A DNA stretch of 62,410 nt, filler included. It is 5 parts of 5 records of this genome, joined end to end, with 100 filler letters (N's around TTAATTAATTAA, not from the genome) between each part and the next. Parts side by side here need not be neighbours in the genome. Positions count along the whole stretch, not along the records: positions 1 to 14,326 come from DRR378314_2026; 4 more parts are not named here. One strand, given 5' to 3'. Under the pieces are notes generated by a model. It did no database searches. It worked only from the letters and a program-made list of their open reading frames with translations, and had not been told where the DNA came from. Of the stretch, positions 1 to 11,402 are shown piece by piece. The translations under genes were made by a program, and so were the position numbers. Numbering within the stretch: the first letter of the stretch is position 1; each line of letters starts with the position of its first letter.

Positions 1-376
1 TGCATGTTCGAGGACGGAGACCCATCTGGGCCGCAGATAAGCCAACACGAGGCTCCGGGCGCGCCAGCTCGTGCAGAGCGCGCAGTGCCTGATGCGCGGC
101 GACGGGCTTGCGCTGCGCCCGCTGAACGGTTCGCAGGCAGCGCTCCGTGCGGCTCTCCTATCCCACAGCCGTGATCACTCTATCGCAAGGTGGGTAGAAA
201 AAAGAAGACGATAGATTCATGTCAACTATGTACGGAAATATCGTGAAGAGCCAATGATTCTCGCAGCTTGAAGGAAATTGCCCACTTGTGCGGGTGGGCG
301 ACGGATTGCCGGCTTGTGCAGACGCAGTTGGCACACACACGGGAGCACAGAGCACCCACCGCGCAGCGAGACGCAC

Positions 377-433
377 CATTTCGTCACCGTCGAGCTCGAC
401 GACATAGTTGTCCACGGCAATCTTGGAGGCCAT
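377..433 (-). CDS. IDH: NADP-dependent isocitrate dehydrogenase, first exon (rest of gene not recovered; presumably runs off the window start)
   Basis: MASKIAVDNYVVELDGDEM matches the eukaryotic NADP-IDH N-terminus (V-E-x-D-G-D-E-M) and is followed directly by a GTGCGT donor. Confidence 0.75.
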
Positions 434-2017
434 TGTTGCAGAAATCGAATCACGTTTCGATTGGAAAATGGAAAACAGAAAAGAACGCAAAAACGCACGT
501 CAACGCGGTGATGCAGGCGGGTACAGAACGGCAGTGCGGAGAAAGCCAGGTTACCTCCTGCGCGAGGGCTCGTCGCGCGTTCAGACCCCACCGGCCGCCC
601 GGCCAGGGGGGGTGCAGAACTCTGACACCTTCCTCGCCATGATCAATATGCCGATGCCATCCTCGATCCTCGCCAAGACCGCCTTACGTGTTTGTGAACG
701 ATATTTCTCGACGCGGAGCTCCTTGCGGTTGATGTAGGTTTTTACAAGCCGCTAGGCACTTAGGCCGTCGCGTACTGTGCCTGTGCTGGGAAAGGAAAGC
801 GAGTCGCTGTACTCTGCGCTGTGAAATGTTTGTGGATTTGTACAGAGTTTGCGGTGTTTGCTCGGGAGTGGAAGTTCCCGCAACGCACGCACGCGCGCTG
901 GGCACAGGCCACGACCCGGCGTCCACGCCAGGGGCGAGGCCGGAAAGCTGCTGCGCTTGCGCGCATATTGATGCGTACCTGCATCGCCAGCATGGGTTGG
1001 GCGGTACATAGAGAGTACGTGCTACGTGCTCTCTGGATCTCGTCAAGTCTTCTGTACGTTTGTGAAGGCCAATTGCTGTTATACCTGGGATGCCTGCTCA
1101 TAGAGGGCTTCTCTGCGAGCCGTTAGAGACCTGGAGTTGCTGGTGGTTGTCTTGCTGCTACCGATGCAACTGCTAACCCTTTCATGTTCCCAGTCGCCCG
1201 CGCGACAATATGCGCTATGTTTGTTGATCGAGTGTCAGGGAGACCGCTCATCTCTATATATCCCTTGCTCTCTGGCCAAAGCATAAAGAGAGAATCACGT
1301 CAGATTGTCTGCTTGGCGTGTTCCCTGCCTGCAATCTCTTGCGTGTACGCGTAGCGCGCTTCGCGCGTCCTGGGCCGCTGCCCTGGGTTCCTTCCACCAA
1401 ACAATCGGTAGCGCAAAATTTCAAAGCGCGAAGGAGGTTGTTATTTCAACTGTGCAGATCCACCCAAGTTGTGAGCGAGAGTATCCAGTAGTGCGAAGAT
1501 GCAGCTGCAACGTGACGGCAGTCTCGGCATTTCGACAGGAAGGTGAGCACTCCCAAGCGTGCTGTCCCGCCACAGCGCTGGCGCAACAAGCACCAGACGT
1601 TCGCAATTTCGGTTAGGTGACTGGGTCTACGGAACCACGCGTGACAATTGTGCGTTGGAGGTCTTCGCAGACCTGCGCAGGACATTCGATGTCAAATACA
1701 TAACAAAAACGAAACAGTTCAGTAGGTTAGAGATATTAGAACTGCGACTGGAAACTTTCCCCACGCAACCGACCTGGCGCGGCGCAAGCGTGCGGAGCCG
1801 TGGTGGTGTGCCTGTTCTCCGAGGCTCGTGCTCGCTTGCGTGCGTACGCGCACTAAAGCGCGGTCGACGGCCCGCGCAGCTTGGTGCCCAGAAGCGAATA
1901 GTGCTTGCAAAAGTAACAACGTTTCATCGCTTTGCGAAACACAGATTTCTCTTTTCTGTTGCCGGAAGAGAAAGGCTGGCGTATACGTACTCGGGCGTTG
2001 CGGTTCGGCTCGCTGCA

Positions 2018-5000
2018 ATGTCGACTACGAAGTTGCGCGGGTGGGAGCTGTACCGCTCGCTCGGTTCGCCGCGCTATGTGGTGCCGCCTATGGTACGCGG
2101 TCTCGCCCAGCTCTGCATATAGTGAGCGCTTGTTGTGGTTCACTGTGGCGCTTGTACCGCAATCGTTCCCGTGCATAAATATGTGCGAAGACGGTATGCT
2201 ATCACCGCTACATTCGAAAGCGCGGATGCTTGTTCTACGGAAGGGCTGGGGTAGGAGCGCCTGCGAGGACAAGCGCAGCAGCAGTGTCGGCACTTACCCC
2301 CTTGCGCTTTTTGTGTTCCTTGTCGTCTTCGCGCGCGGCTTCGAACTCGTGCGTGCGTTGCAGGTGGACATGTCTGAGCTTCCCTTTCGGCTGCTTACAC
2401 GGCGGTATGGCGCAGAGCTCACGTATACTCCAATGATACACTCGAGATTGTATGCAACCGAAGAGTACTACCGGGAAATGTTTACGTTTTCCGACGACGA
2501 CCACCCCGTGTTTGCGCAGGTGAGCGACCGAAACCATATGCGTGCTTTACTTCCTGCGAGTGGGCTGCATGTGCGAGCCCGCAAAGGAGCTGAGTCTTCT
2601 TCTTTTGTATATTTTGCGCGATGCGATATGCGCCATATAATTATCGCATTCCTGTGTATCGAATTCGTTGTTCTGATGCCTTTTGTCGTGCGAAACAGCT
2701 CTGTGCGAATGACCCTGAACATCTGCTGGACGCCGCGCGGCTTGTTTCGCCGCACGTCGACGCGGTCGATATCAATTTCGGCTGCCCGCAAAGTACGTGG
2801 CGGCCACGCAGCGGCGCTATCCTCCGCCCCATTTCTCGCGGTAGGCGCCTCCTTTCACCCTTACAGGGAATATAGTAGTGTGGATCATTACGGCACTTTC
2901 TGCATGATGGGGAGGTGCTATGCTGGGGCTGTGGCGGGCATTCTGTACTCGTCTGAGTTTTTTGGTGCGCGGTGCACTGCTGGCGGCAACGCCTCTTGCT
3001 CGCTGCAGTGATTGCCAAGCGCGGCAGGTACGGCGCGTACTTGATGGACGACCTTGACACGGTTCGCGCCCTGATATCGACGCTCCATCGAGAGCTTGAT
3101 ATTCCTGTGACATGCAAAATTCGCGTCTTCCCCGATGTGCAAGATACTATCCGGTATGCAAAAATGATTGAGGATGCTGGATGCCAGGTATGGTTAGCAA
3201 CGTCCGCACGCTGTCGCGCGCGGTGTGCGCTGCTCGTTTCGTGCTTTGCGACTATCTGCTGGGTTTCTTGTGCGACGCTCGTTGTATTGAGTTGCCGATA
3301 AATAATGCGCTCTACGCGCTGATGCGATTACCATATTCAAAGTCGTTTTCCGTGCTGTGCAGACCAATGGAAGTGCGCGGGTGATTTGCACTCGTCGAAA
3401 TGTGTGTATCCCTCGGAGGAGCTACGGCGTGCGGTGCAAGTGCCGCTTTTTCAGCGTCCTGAAGTTCTTCTTCACTCGGAAGTGCAGCGAGAGGAGTTCT
3501 TTTCCTTTCTCGTTCAATTGCTATCGCGCATCGCTAAAATTTTTGTGTATTGTGTGCCACTGGGTTGTTTACAGGTAAATGGTTCTGTGCTCGAACTGTT
3601 TTCTCCGATTCCTTGCACTCATGGTACTGTGGTTCGATTCGTTGCTCGGTTTCGCTGCAGATTCTTGCTGTTCATGGGCGAACACGTGACCAGCGCAAAT
3701 CACGCCTGTCGCGCGCAGATTGGGCCCAGATCAAGGCTGTCGTAGATAATGTAAGCATCCCTGTGTTTGGAAATGGAAATATAGCGACGTTTGAAGATAT
3801 CAATCGGTACGTTCCGACCGCGCACCCGCACCCCGGAGGGGGAGATGCTGTAGACCCGATTCACCCTGAATTCCGCGCGGTATGCGCGTAGCTCGTCGCA
3901 CTGTTTGTCTGCGACGCCCTCTGCGCACGCGCCTGCTCAAGAGTCAGTCCCTGGCGTAAGCGGATCGTTCGTGCTATCCATTACTGGTTTTTGCATATCT
4001 GAGCTTCCATTCTTGCTCTTGCTCTCTCTATGGCCTTTGTAATAGGTGCATGGAAGCCACGGGAGTCGTTGGAATGATGAGCGCAGAGTCTCTCTTGGAC
4101 AACCCAGCGCTGTTCTCTGGCCGCCGACTTGTCCCAGCGACGACGATGACGGCCGGTAAGTGCGCGACGATTATGGTCTGTGCTTGGTTCTCGGACATTT
4201 TTTTGTGAGCAGAAAATGATGATGACGGCGTCTTTTTTGTCGCTACGTATGTGCGATTCTACGACCGGCATCTGTCGTTTCCACCGTGCAGAGGCGATGG
4301 CGCATATCGGCACAGGGATCTTATCGACAGATCTTGCGACGGAATACCTCGACCTCGTGGAGCAGTATCCTGCAAAATATAATTCGGTATGTTCAGCGGT
4401 ACGCGGTTGTGTTCGTGCCAATCTTCTCGTTGTAAGCATTTCGTTCCCTTGCGAAGTCCGAAGAATCTGTGCGGTTGTGGGACTGCGAGACTAGGTGCTT
4501 TGCGGTGTAGTCGTGCGTTATGTCCTCACGCCGCCCGCAGACGCGCCGTCCTCATCGGTTTGATCTATTCGCGACTGATGAGAGCTTGCTTGTTCTGTCT
4601 CTGTAGATTCGAGCCCATCTATTCCGTATTCTTGGACCTGATGTGCATCGGGTGACGGAAATGCGCGATATTCTGCACGGCGCGAAGACGATGCCAGTGT
4701 TTCGCGAAGTGGTGGCCGGAGTGCAGCGTGCGCACGAGCAGGCGCTGCGCGGTGAGCTCGTTGCCACGCTCGAAGCTGCGGTATGTTGCGCGCGCGCGCG
4801 GGAATGTGCTGCGGATGGCGTTTGAACTTGCATTGACTCGATATCGTATTGGTATATGTTGCAGTGAGCTCCCTTTTCTTTTCACTTCTGCGCACAGGAC
4901 GTTGGCCACTTCCGCTCACACGGTCGTATCCTTTGGCGCGAACCCCCCGCATCCGCAGGCGCAACAGCGGCAGACAAACTGCGCAGCCGAAGAGTCGCAG

Positions 5001-5048
5001 TCTTACACCGAAGACGAGCTGGACCAACTGCCTGCCCTGTTCGATTAA
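2018..5048 (+). CDS. DUS1: tRNA-dihydrouridine(16/17) synthase DUS1-like, about 10 exons (last exon boundary uncertain)
   Basis: GT-AG splicing joins PPM|VDMSELPFRLL..YTPMIHS..FAQ|LCANDP..AVDINFGCPQ|MIAKRGRYGAYL..PVTCKIRV..GCQ|ILAVHGRTR..ADW..IPVFGNGNI|CMEATGVVGMMSAESLLDNPALF, the diagnostic Dus motifs including the catalytic Cys in NFGCP. Confidence 0.9.
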
Positions 5049-5527
5049 CGCACAACGGATTTATTATTTTATAGCAAATTGCAAAAGGCAGCAGGTGCCA
5101 CTTTCTGACGCAGTGCGGGAGGCTCGGGGAACTCTGTAAATACAAGGGCGCTCCTGCTCTGCGCGCAGCCTGCGTTCGCGCAGGGTGCACTCCTTCCCCT
5201 CTCCCACTGTACCGCATTTGCGCATATACACAGACGATCTCATCAAATCCACGACGACCACGGGGTACCACTGCTTATTCACGGGAGGATACAGGCAGCG
5301 CATTCCCCTGCTTTCCGGTGCATGAGAGGAGGACCCGCACGTGCGCTGCGCGAGAAGGAAGGGTTGGGGGTAGGGTAGGTATTCTGTCCCGTCGCGCCGC
5401 GTGTCGTGTCCGCCAGGTGTTTCGGCTCGGGCGAGCGCGCGGCGCGCGCAGGTGCACCATACCAGGAAGCGCCACTGCAGCCGTTTGCTCGTAGCCGTAC
5501 AGAGAAGAACAGGTTCCTGTGGTGGAG

Positions 5528-8500
5528 ATGTCGGATATACTTTCTTACCTCACGACAGTGCCCGATGCACTAGCCGGTTGGCTTTCCTGGTCGACGATGG
5601 GAACGCTGGACCGGCTGTTTCTCGTCCTCAACGTCCTGCTTGTCGCGGCCGTGGCGTACGAGGTCCGTGTCTGGCGGTGTCGGCGGCAGGGGCGGCGCGG
5701 CCAGGCCCCGCGCGCGCGTGCTCCGCGCACCGCACTGCACCGGCCGCCCGCCCGCACCGCGCTTCCCGCCGCGGCGCCCGCCCTGCACGCCTCACCAGCG
5801 CGATGCCGGATTACGGAAGATGAGCGGGTTTCTTTGCTCGCGGGACCATATAGGGGAATTGGGCAGGGAGGGGGAGTGCGTTGTCCGGCGCAGCAGCGCG
5901 CGCACGGAGACGCTCCGCAAGGGAGAGAGCCGGTTTCGTTTGCGCGCTTTTGTTCTCGAATGTTTGCGGTGCGCGTGCGTCTGTGCGAGCCGTGGCGTGG
6001 TGCGGCGCTGGCGCGAGCGAGCAAGGAGGCGGGTGAAATAGGTTGTGGTCGGCTTGCACGTACTTGGTTCAGTCTGATACTTGCATGATTGGTGGAATCA
6101 TCGCTCGTGGCGTGTATCGTATTACTGAATGGAATTGTACGGACGTGGGAGTGCTATGGTGTCGGTTTACGCGCCTGGAGCCGCGGCGGCTGCGCAGACG
6201 CCGGTGCGCAGTGCACTTTTCTGCGCGCAGGACCTGGGGCGGACGCGACGTGCCGTCGAAGCGCTTCTTCTCGCAGCAGTCAGCGTGTGGGTTTCCTCTC
6301 GGCAAAGGAAGCTCTATGTGATATCTTCCATGTATAGCAAAGTCTAGGCACTCTCGCTCGGCGAAATTGTTCTTATCTGGGACGGCACCGAAGTTGAGGA
6401 GGTACCGGGGGAGAGAGAAGAGCGTTGCTGCGCCGCTGCTCTGCTGCGGCGCGAAGCTCAAGACGAATTCAGCCAGCGCCAGCGTCGCTGCGGTACTTGT
6501 CAAACTCTGCTGTGCCACTGAGAGCGCGCTGTACTCCACTGCGGTCGGCTTGTGATGCCATTTACCACCCGATGCTACGCTAAGCGACTTCATTCTACAG
6601 CTCGACATTCTTCTTCGGACAGCAGGTCCTGGGGCTGGGCAGTCGTAGCGCGTGATAGTTTCGCAGCTCTCGCAAGTACCTGGGTAGTGAACGCGCAGTG
6701 GCAGCTCCAGTGCGTTCTCTGTGTGCTGTTCGAGTTCGAGTTTTGCTGCTTATCGGAAGAGACAGGATGATTTTTTTTAAAAAAAGAGAAGAATCCGATC
6801 TTTTACATATCTAGGTCCGGAGTGGCGCGTCGTCGCTTTCTTCCCGCGCGCAGCTCTGCGATCCGCCGAACCAACGTGCCCGTTGCTTTTCCCTTTTTGG
6901 CCCCTGTTCCGCTTGCGGTGCAGTACGTTGTTTCGCGCCGCCTCCGCCACATTCCCGGACCGCCGCGCAAGTTTATCATCGGAAACGGTACGATTTATGA
7001 AAATGGTTGAGCTTTCTGTTCGCTAGATAGTGATAGTGCGCTTCTTGTTTCATTCTGTTTTCTATGGGTTTGTGGGCATCGGTTACTTGAGCAAGGTTAG
7101 GCTGTCGGGCTTCTCAGCGGCACAGAACATTGCCTCGCTGCGTTCCCGCGTCGTGTCTGACTGCCGTTTTTCACCCACCACTGGTTTGCGCGGGCTGCGT
7201 TTTTTTTGTTGGGCAGTATTGGAGCTTGTTAGCGGAGAGCCTTGGGAGAAGTTCCGTTGCTGGGGCGAAAAGTATGGCGGTACGTTGACCAAATCCTCGC
7301 GCTTGTCTCCTGGCGTACGTTTGGATTCGTTGGGCGCGGTGTGCGCGTGGTGTGTTTGTCACGCGTCCACGATGTATGTTCGGCGCCTTGCCGAGTAGGC
7401 GGTAGCTTGACGCGCGCATGTTCCCGGCTGGGGGGCGCTTTACCCGTGCCTCTGTCGTACAACTCTTGCAGGTATTTGCAAGGCTTGGGTATTTGGCACA
7501 CCAATGATCAACATCGGGTCGCCGGAAGCAATGAAGTATGTTCTGGGGACGAACCGAGCAAACTTCCACAAGGTGCGCTCCTGCTCTTGTCGAAGAGCTC
7601 TGCAATGGACCTCGTCGATTGCTCAGTGCTCGAAAATTACGTTGCTATTGGAGGTGATGCAGAGCTGCCGTGCTGTGGATAACGCTCGAGTTTTCAATGC
7701 GTATTGCTTAGCCGGTTTGTCCATCCTCTATGGCTTGGCGTGCGTATTGCATTGTTCCAGGCGAAAATCGCGTACGATGCATTCAAGCCCCTGCTTGGCA
7801 TCGGCCTGGTTACAAGTGAAGGAGAGGTACGGAAGAGAGGCCGAAGTGCAGGCACCGAATCGCGAATGGTTGGATCATTGTTACAGGTGTAGGCTCGTCG
7901 TGGCCGGCTGGGATGCTGCTGCTGTTGGAGCTCAGATGCTGGGGTGGCCTGTGGTCTTGATGTAGGGCTTCGTGCATTCTGCCGAGATAGGTCGGGCACG
8001 GTGCGGTAGGAGTTAGTTTCGTGTCCGATACGGTGTTTTTTTTTTTTGGCGTTCCCGTGTGCAGGACGTGCCCCTCCGTATTGCTTCTCTGCTCGCCTAT
8101 TCTTTCTCTCGCCATTTTGCCAAGATCGGGCCAAAGGCGATCGCCACATGCGCGCATGCTGCTCTCTGGCCCATGGTGTTTTTTCTGCTCTTTTGGTACG
8201 GTATTTCCGTTCCTTACACGCTGTTGGCTCTGGGCAATTGCCGCTGCATTGTACTGGCAGGTTTGGCGCAAAAATCGTCACATTATGGCGCCCGCGTTCC
8301 GTTTCGACTCGATCAAGGCGCTTGTACCTGATTTCTACCGCGCCACTGTGAACCAAATTTCGCGCTGGGACGCCATGCTTGCGAGCTCGCCGTCGGGATC
8401 AATCGAAGTCGATGTGTCGGCTGCTTTCCGCGATTTGACACTCGAGATCATTGGGAAAGCCGCTCTGGGCATGTCGCCGGAGCAGACTGCGGACTTACCG

Positions 8501-10892
8501 GGCGTGTTCTTCTCTGTGGTTTCTGAGATGAATAGCCGGTTCTGGTATCCGTATCGCGCATACTTGCCCACTCTTTCGAATCTGAGGTATCACCAGGAAC
8601 TTTCAAAGGTGCGTGTGTGAGCGAGATGGCCTGTTTGTTCTCCCAGCGTCATCCCAGTCCTCTTCCATGCAGCTCGCCCATGGGAAGAGAGAGGTTCGCT
8701 GGCGCTGTTTGCGCACGAACGGAGATCGATCCAGTGGCTGCGGCCGGCTTTCTTTTGTGATCATCCTGTTCAATGCGATTTCGTTCCTTGGGTTCGACGT
8801 GGTTTTCGCTTGTTCTCCTTCTGCCACGACATAGCTCGACGCGAAAATTCGCAATACGATCCGGGAGCGTCGCGTTAAAGGACCAGAGGAGCACCCGACA
8901 GACATTCTGGGTTTTTTGCTCAAGGCGCAGTTTGATGCTGGCGAGAAGGACTCGAAGGACGTTCTCACGGATGAGCGGCTTGTCGGAGAATTGAAAACGA
9001 TGCTGCTTGCCGGTCATGAAACGTCGAGCATGTGGCTAACATGGACGATGTATGTCCTCAGCGACCCCAAGTACAGTGATGGTAAGCTGTATTTACCTTT
9101 GCAATTCCCAAGGTGGACTTTTTTTTTCTCTCGTCCATTCGAAACGGAGGCGAGTGGGCGGAGCGCCGAAGCGCGCGGAAAGGAACGGCCGCCGCGCAAC
9201 GGAGCTGCAATTGGCGAGCGGAGTGCACTGCCCGCTTGTTGCTCTGCCAATTCGTCGAGGTTCAGCGGCGAAACGAAACGAGCAAACCAAGCACCACGTC
9301 GTAGCTACCCGTGCTAGCTTGGTGTCTCGCCTCGGTGCTGCGGCTCCTGTCACCGTTCAGCGTGTTTGCTCTCCTCTGTACATGTATCGGCGTGGTGTTC
9401 TCGCGTACTGCATTTGGGTACTTGCGCTGCTACTTCGCTAAGACAGCATCTAAGCAAGGGGAAGGAAGCAGCAGCAGCGGCAATAGTGACTCTATCTGCG
9501 TGTTATGCGGATTGCTCTCCTTCGAAGACGCCCAAGATTTTGCGCTGTACTTGCATGGCTGGTGCTAATATGTGGATGCCGTCCGATGATTTTGATCTGG
9601 TTTTTTTGTCCAGTTCTGAATAAGATCCTCGATGAAATCAAAGCGCTGGCGCCTGAGGATGACAAGGATCTTGACTATGAGCAGCTGCGAAAGTTCAACT
9701 ACTTGGATATGGTTCTCCGCGAAAGTCTCCGCCTCTACGCCCCCGTTCCTGTCCTTATGCGCACTGCTGTCGAAGACGATGAAATCGAAGGGATGTTTAT
9801 TCCAAAGGTACGGCGTGTATTGCGACACCTACTTGCCTTCGTTTGCTCCACCACAGGTACACGTCGCAGGTCGCTGTGTGCATCTCTGCGAATTGCCTTT
9901 GCATCGGGCGGGGCTGTGTTCAGGCAGGCGGTCGAGTGGAGCGGCGAATGGAGCGCACATGTGACGTGAATTCATTGATACTGCCACTTGAATCGTTCGT
10001 GCAGGTTTTCGTGTGTGGTGTATGTAGCTCCATGGTGCACGCGGTGCTCACTAGTTCTGTGATGGAAAAACCTATCGCCAACAATGCGGTTTATGCGCAT
10101 CGTTGTGCGGCGCTGCCACCACTCCCTTGCTTGCTTCTGCCTTTTGCAGGGTTCAACATTGCTGCTGAACATCCATAGCTGCCACATGGATCCGGAGCAG
10201 TGGGAAACACCGCGCTCGTTCAACCCAGAGCATTTTGCGCCGAATACCAAGCGTCATACGTACGCGTGGCTGCCGTTCTCCCTCGGTTTGCGCGATTGCC
10301 TTGGTACGTGACTGCTAGCACGCTATGACGCAACGAAAACGCGTTGCGCCACGGTTCTCGTCGAAGACAAACCGAGTTCGATGGTTTCTCTCCGTTGTTG
10401 GATTTTGCACGTAGGCTTAGGCCTTTTATCGTGCTACGTACCCTGTACCTCTTCTCTTGCCTCCGTTCCTCGTCTGCTCAGTACCGATATCAAGCGCACT
10501 GGCTAGCGCACTTTGTCACAGCGAAGTGCTGCCGACGGACGTGCGCAGTTGTGTACAGTCGCGATTGTTGTCAGCGTTGCCAGTTGTTTCGATTCGTCTT
10601 GGTTGCGAACGCCTGCATTGTTATCCTTTCGTGTATGTGTGTGCTTTGTGCGTGTGTGCGAGGAGAAGGTGTGCTGCGTATCGCCTAGAACTTACGTTGC
10701 TGTCGCTGTTTTCGCGCTTGCCTCGCTATTAAAGGCCAACAATTTGCGAAGCTTGAAGCACTTCTCGTGATGATCATGCTCCTCCGCCGGTATAAATTCG
10801 ATGCGATTCCGGGCTTCGACGCCAGCCCACAACCGTACGACGTTCCAGTCCATCCCGCAAACGGTCTTGTTGTGCGGATCTCACGGCGCTAA
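5528..10892 (+). CDS. Microsomal-type cytochrome P450, about 10 exons
   Basis: N-terminal hydrophobic anchor exon at 5528, IPGPP hinge (~6950), GLVTSEGE|VWRKNRH, I-helix AGHETSS, K-helix ESLR, FNPEHF and heme motif FSLGLRDCL|G; ends ..RISRR* at TAA 10890-10892. Confidence 0.9.
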
Positions 10893-11402
10893 AACAGCAA
10901 GACCTTGAGCGTGCCCCTGCCGTTCTTGTGTGAGTTTCTCGAGTCTGGCGGTGGCAGCGTCTCTTGTCTGGGCGCACATCGACGACTGTGGGAACGGTGG
11001 AGCCGCAACATATGTTCTGCAGCGGCGCGTTGGCGCGCGAGCCGTTTGCCTCGTGTCGTCAACGTCGATGGCTTTCGATGCTTCTTCGTCCGCAGCGGTA
11101 AAGTGCTCATAGTGATTGCAGCTTCCAGACGAGGCGTGTCGGATTCGCTGGTGTTGACACGAGGTGTGCTTGAAATGTCTCGCAGTTGCTCACATATGCC
11201 GCATGCCCGGTACTGCACCGGCGCATCACCTTTGTGCAGTACACGAGAAATGCCGCTCCAGGCGTCTGTGTGTAATGTATGATTCTCCATGGATGGCGCT
11301 CTCCTTCATTCTGATGGGACCCAGAGATTGTCCTTTATTATACGTACATAAGCTTTGCAAGAAGAGAAGAAGCCAGGCGTGCTCCGGCCGCCTATGCGTG
11401 CC

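Noticed and set aside
158-290. IDH second exon (ARII.. / IFPYIVDMNL)
   Set aside because: The IDH-like words fall in different frames with no usable AG acceptor, and stops follow; not supportable.
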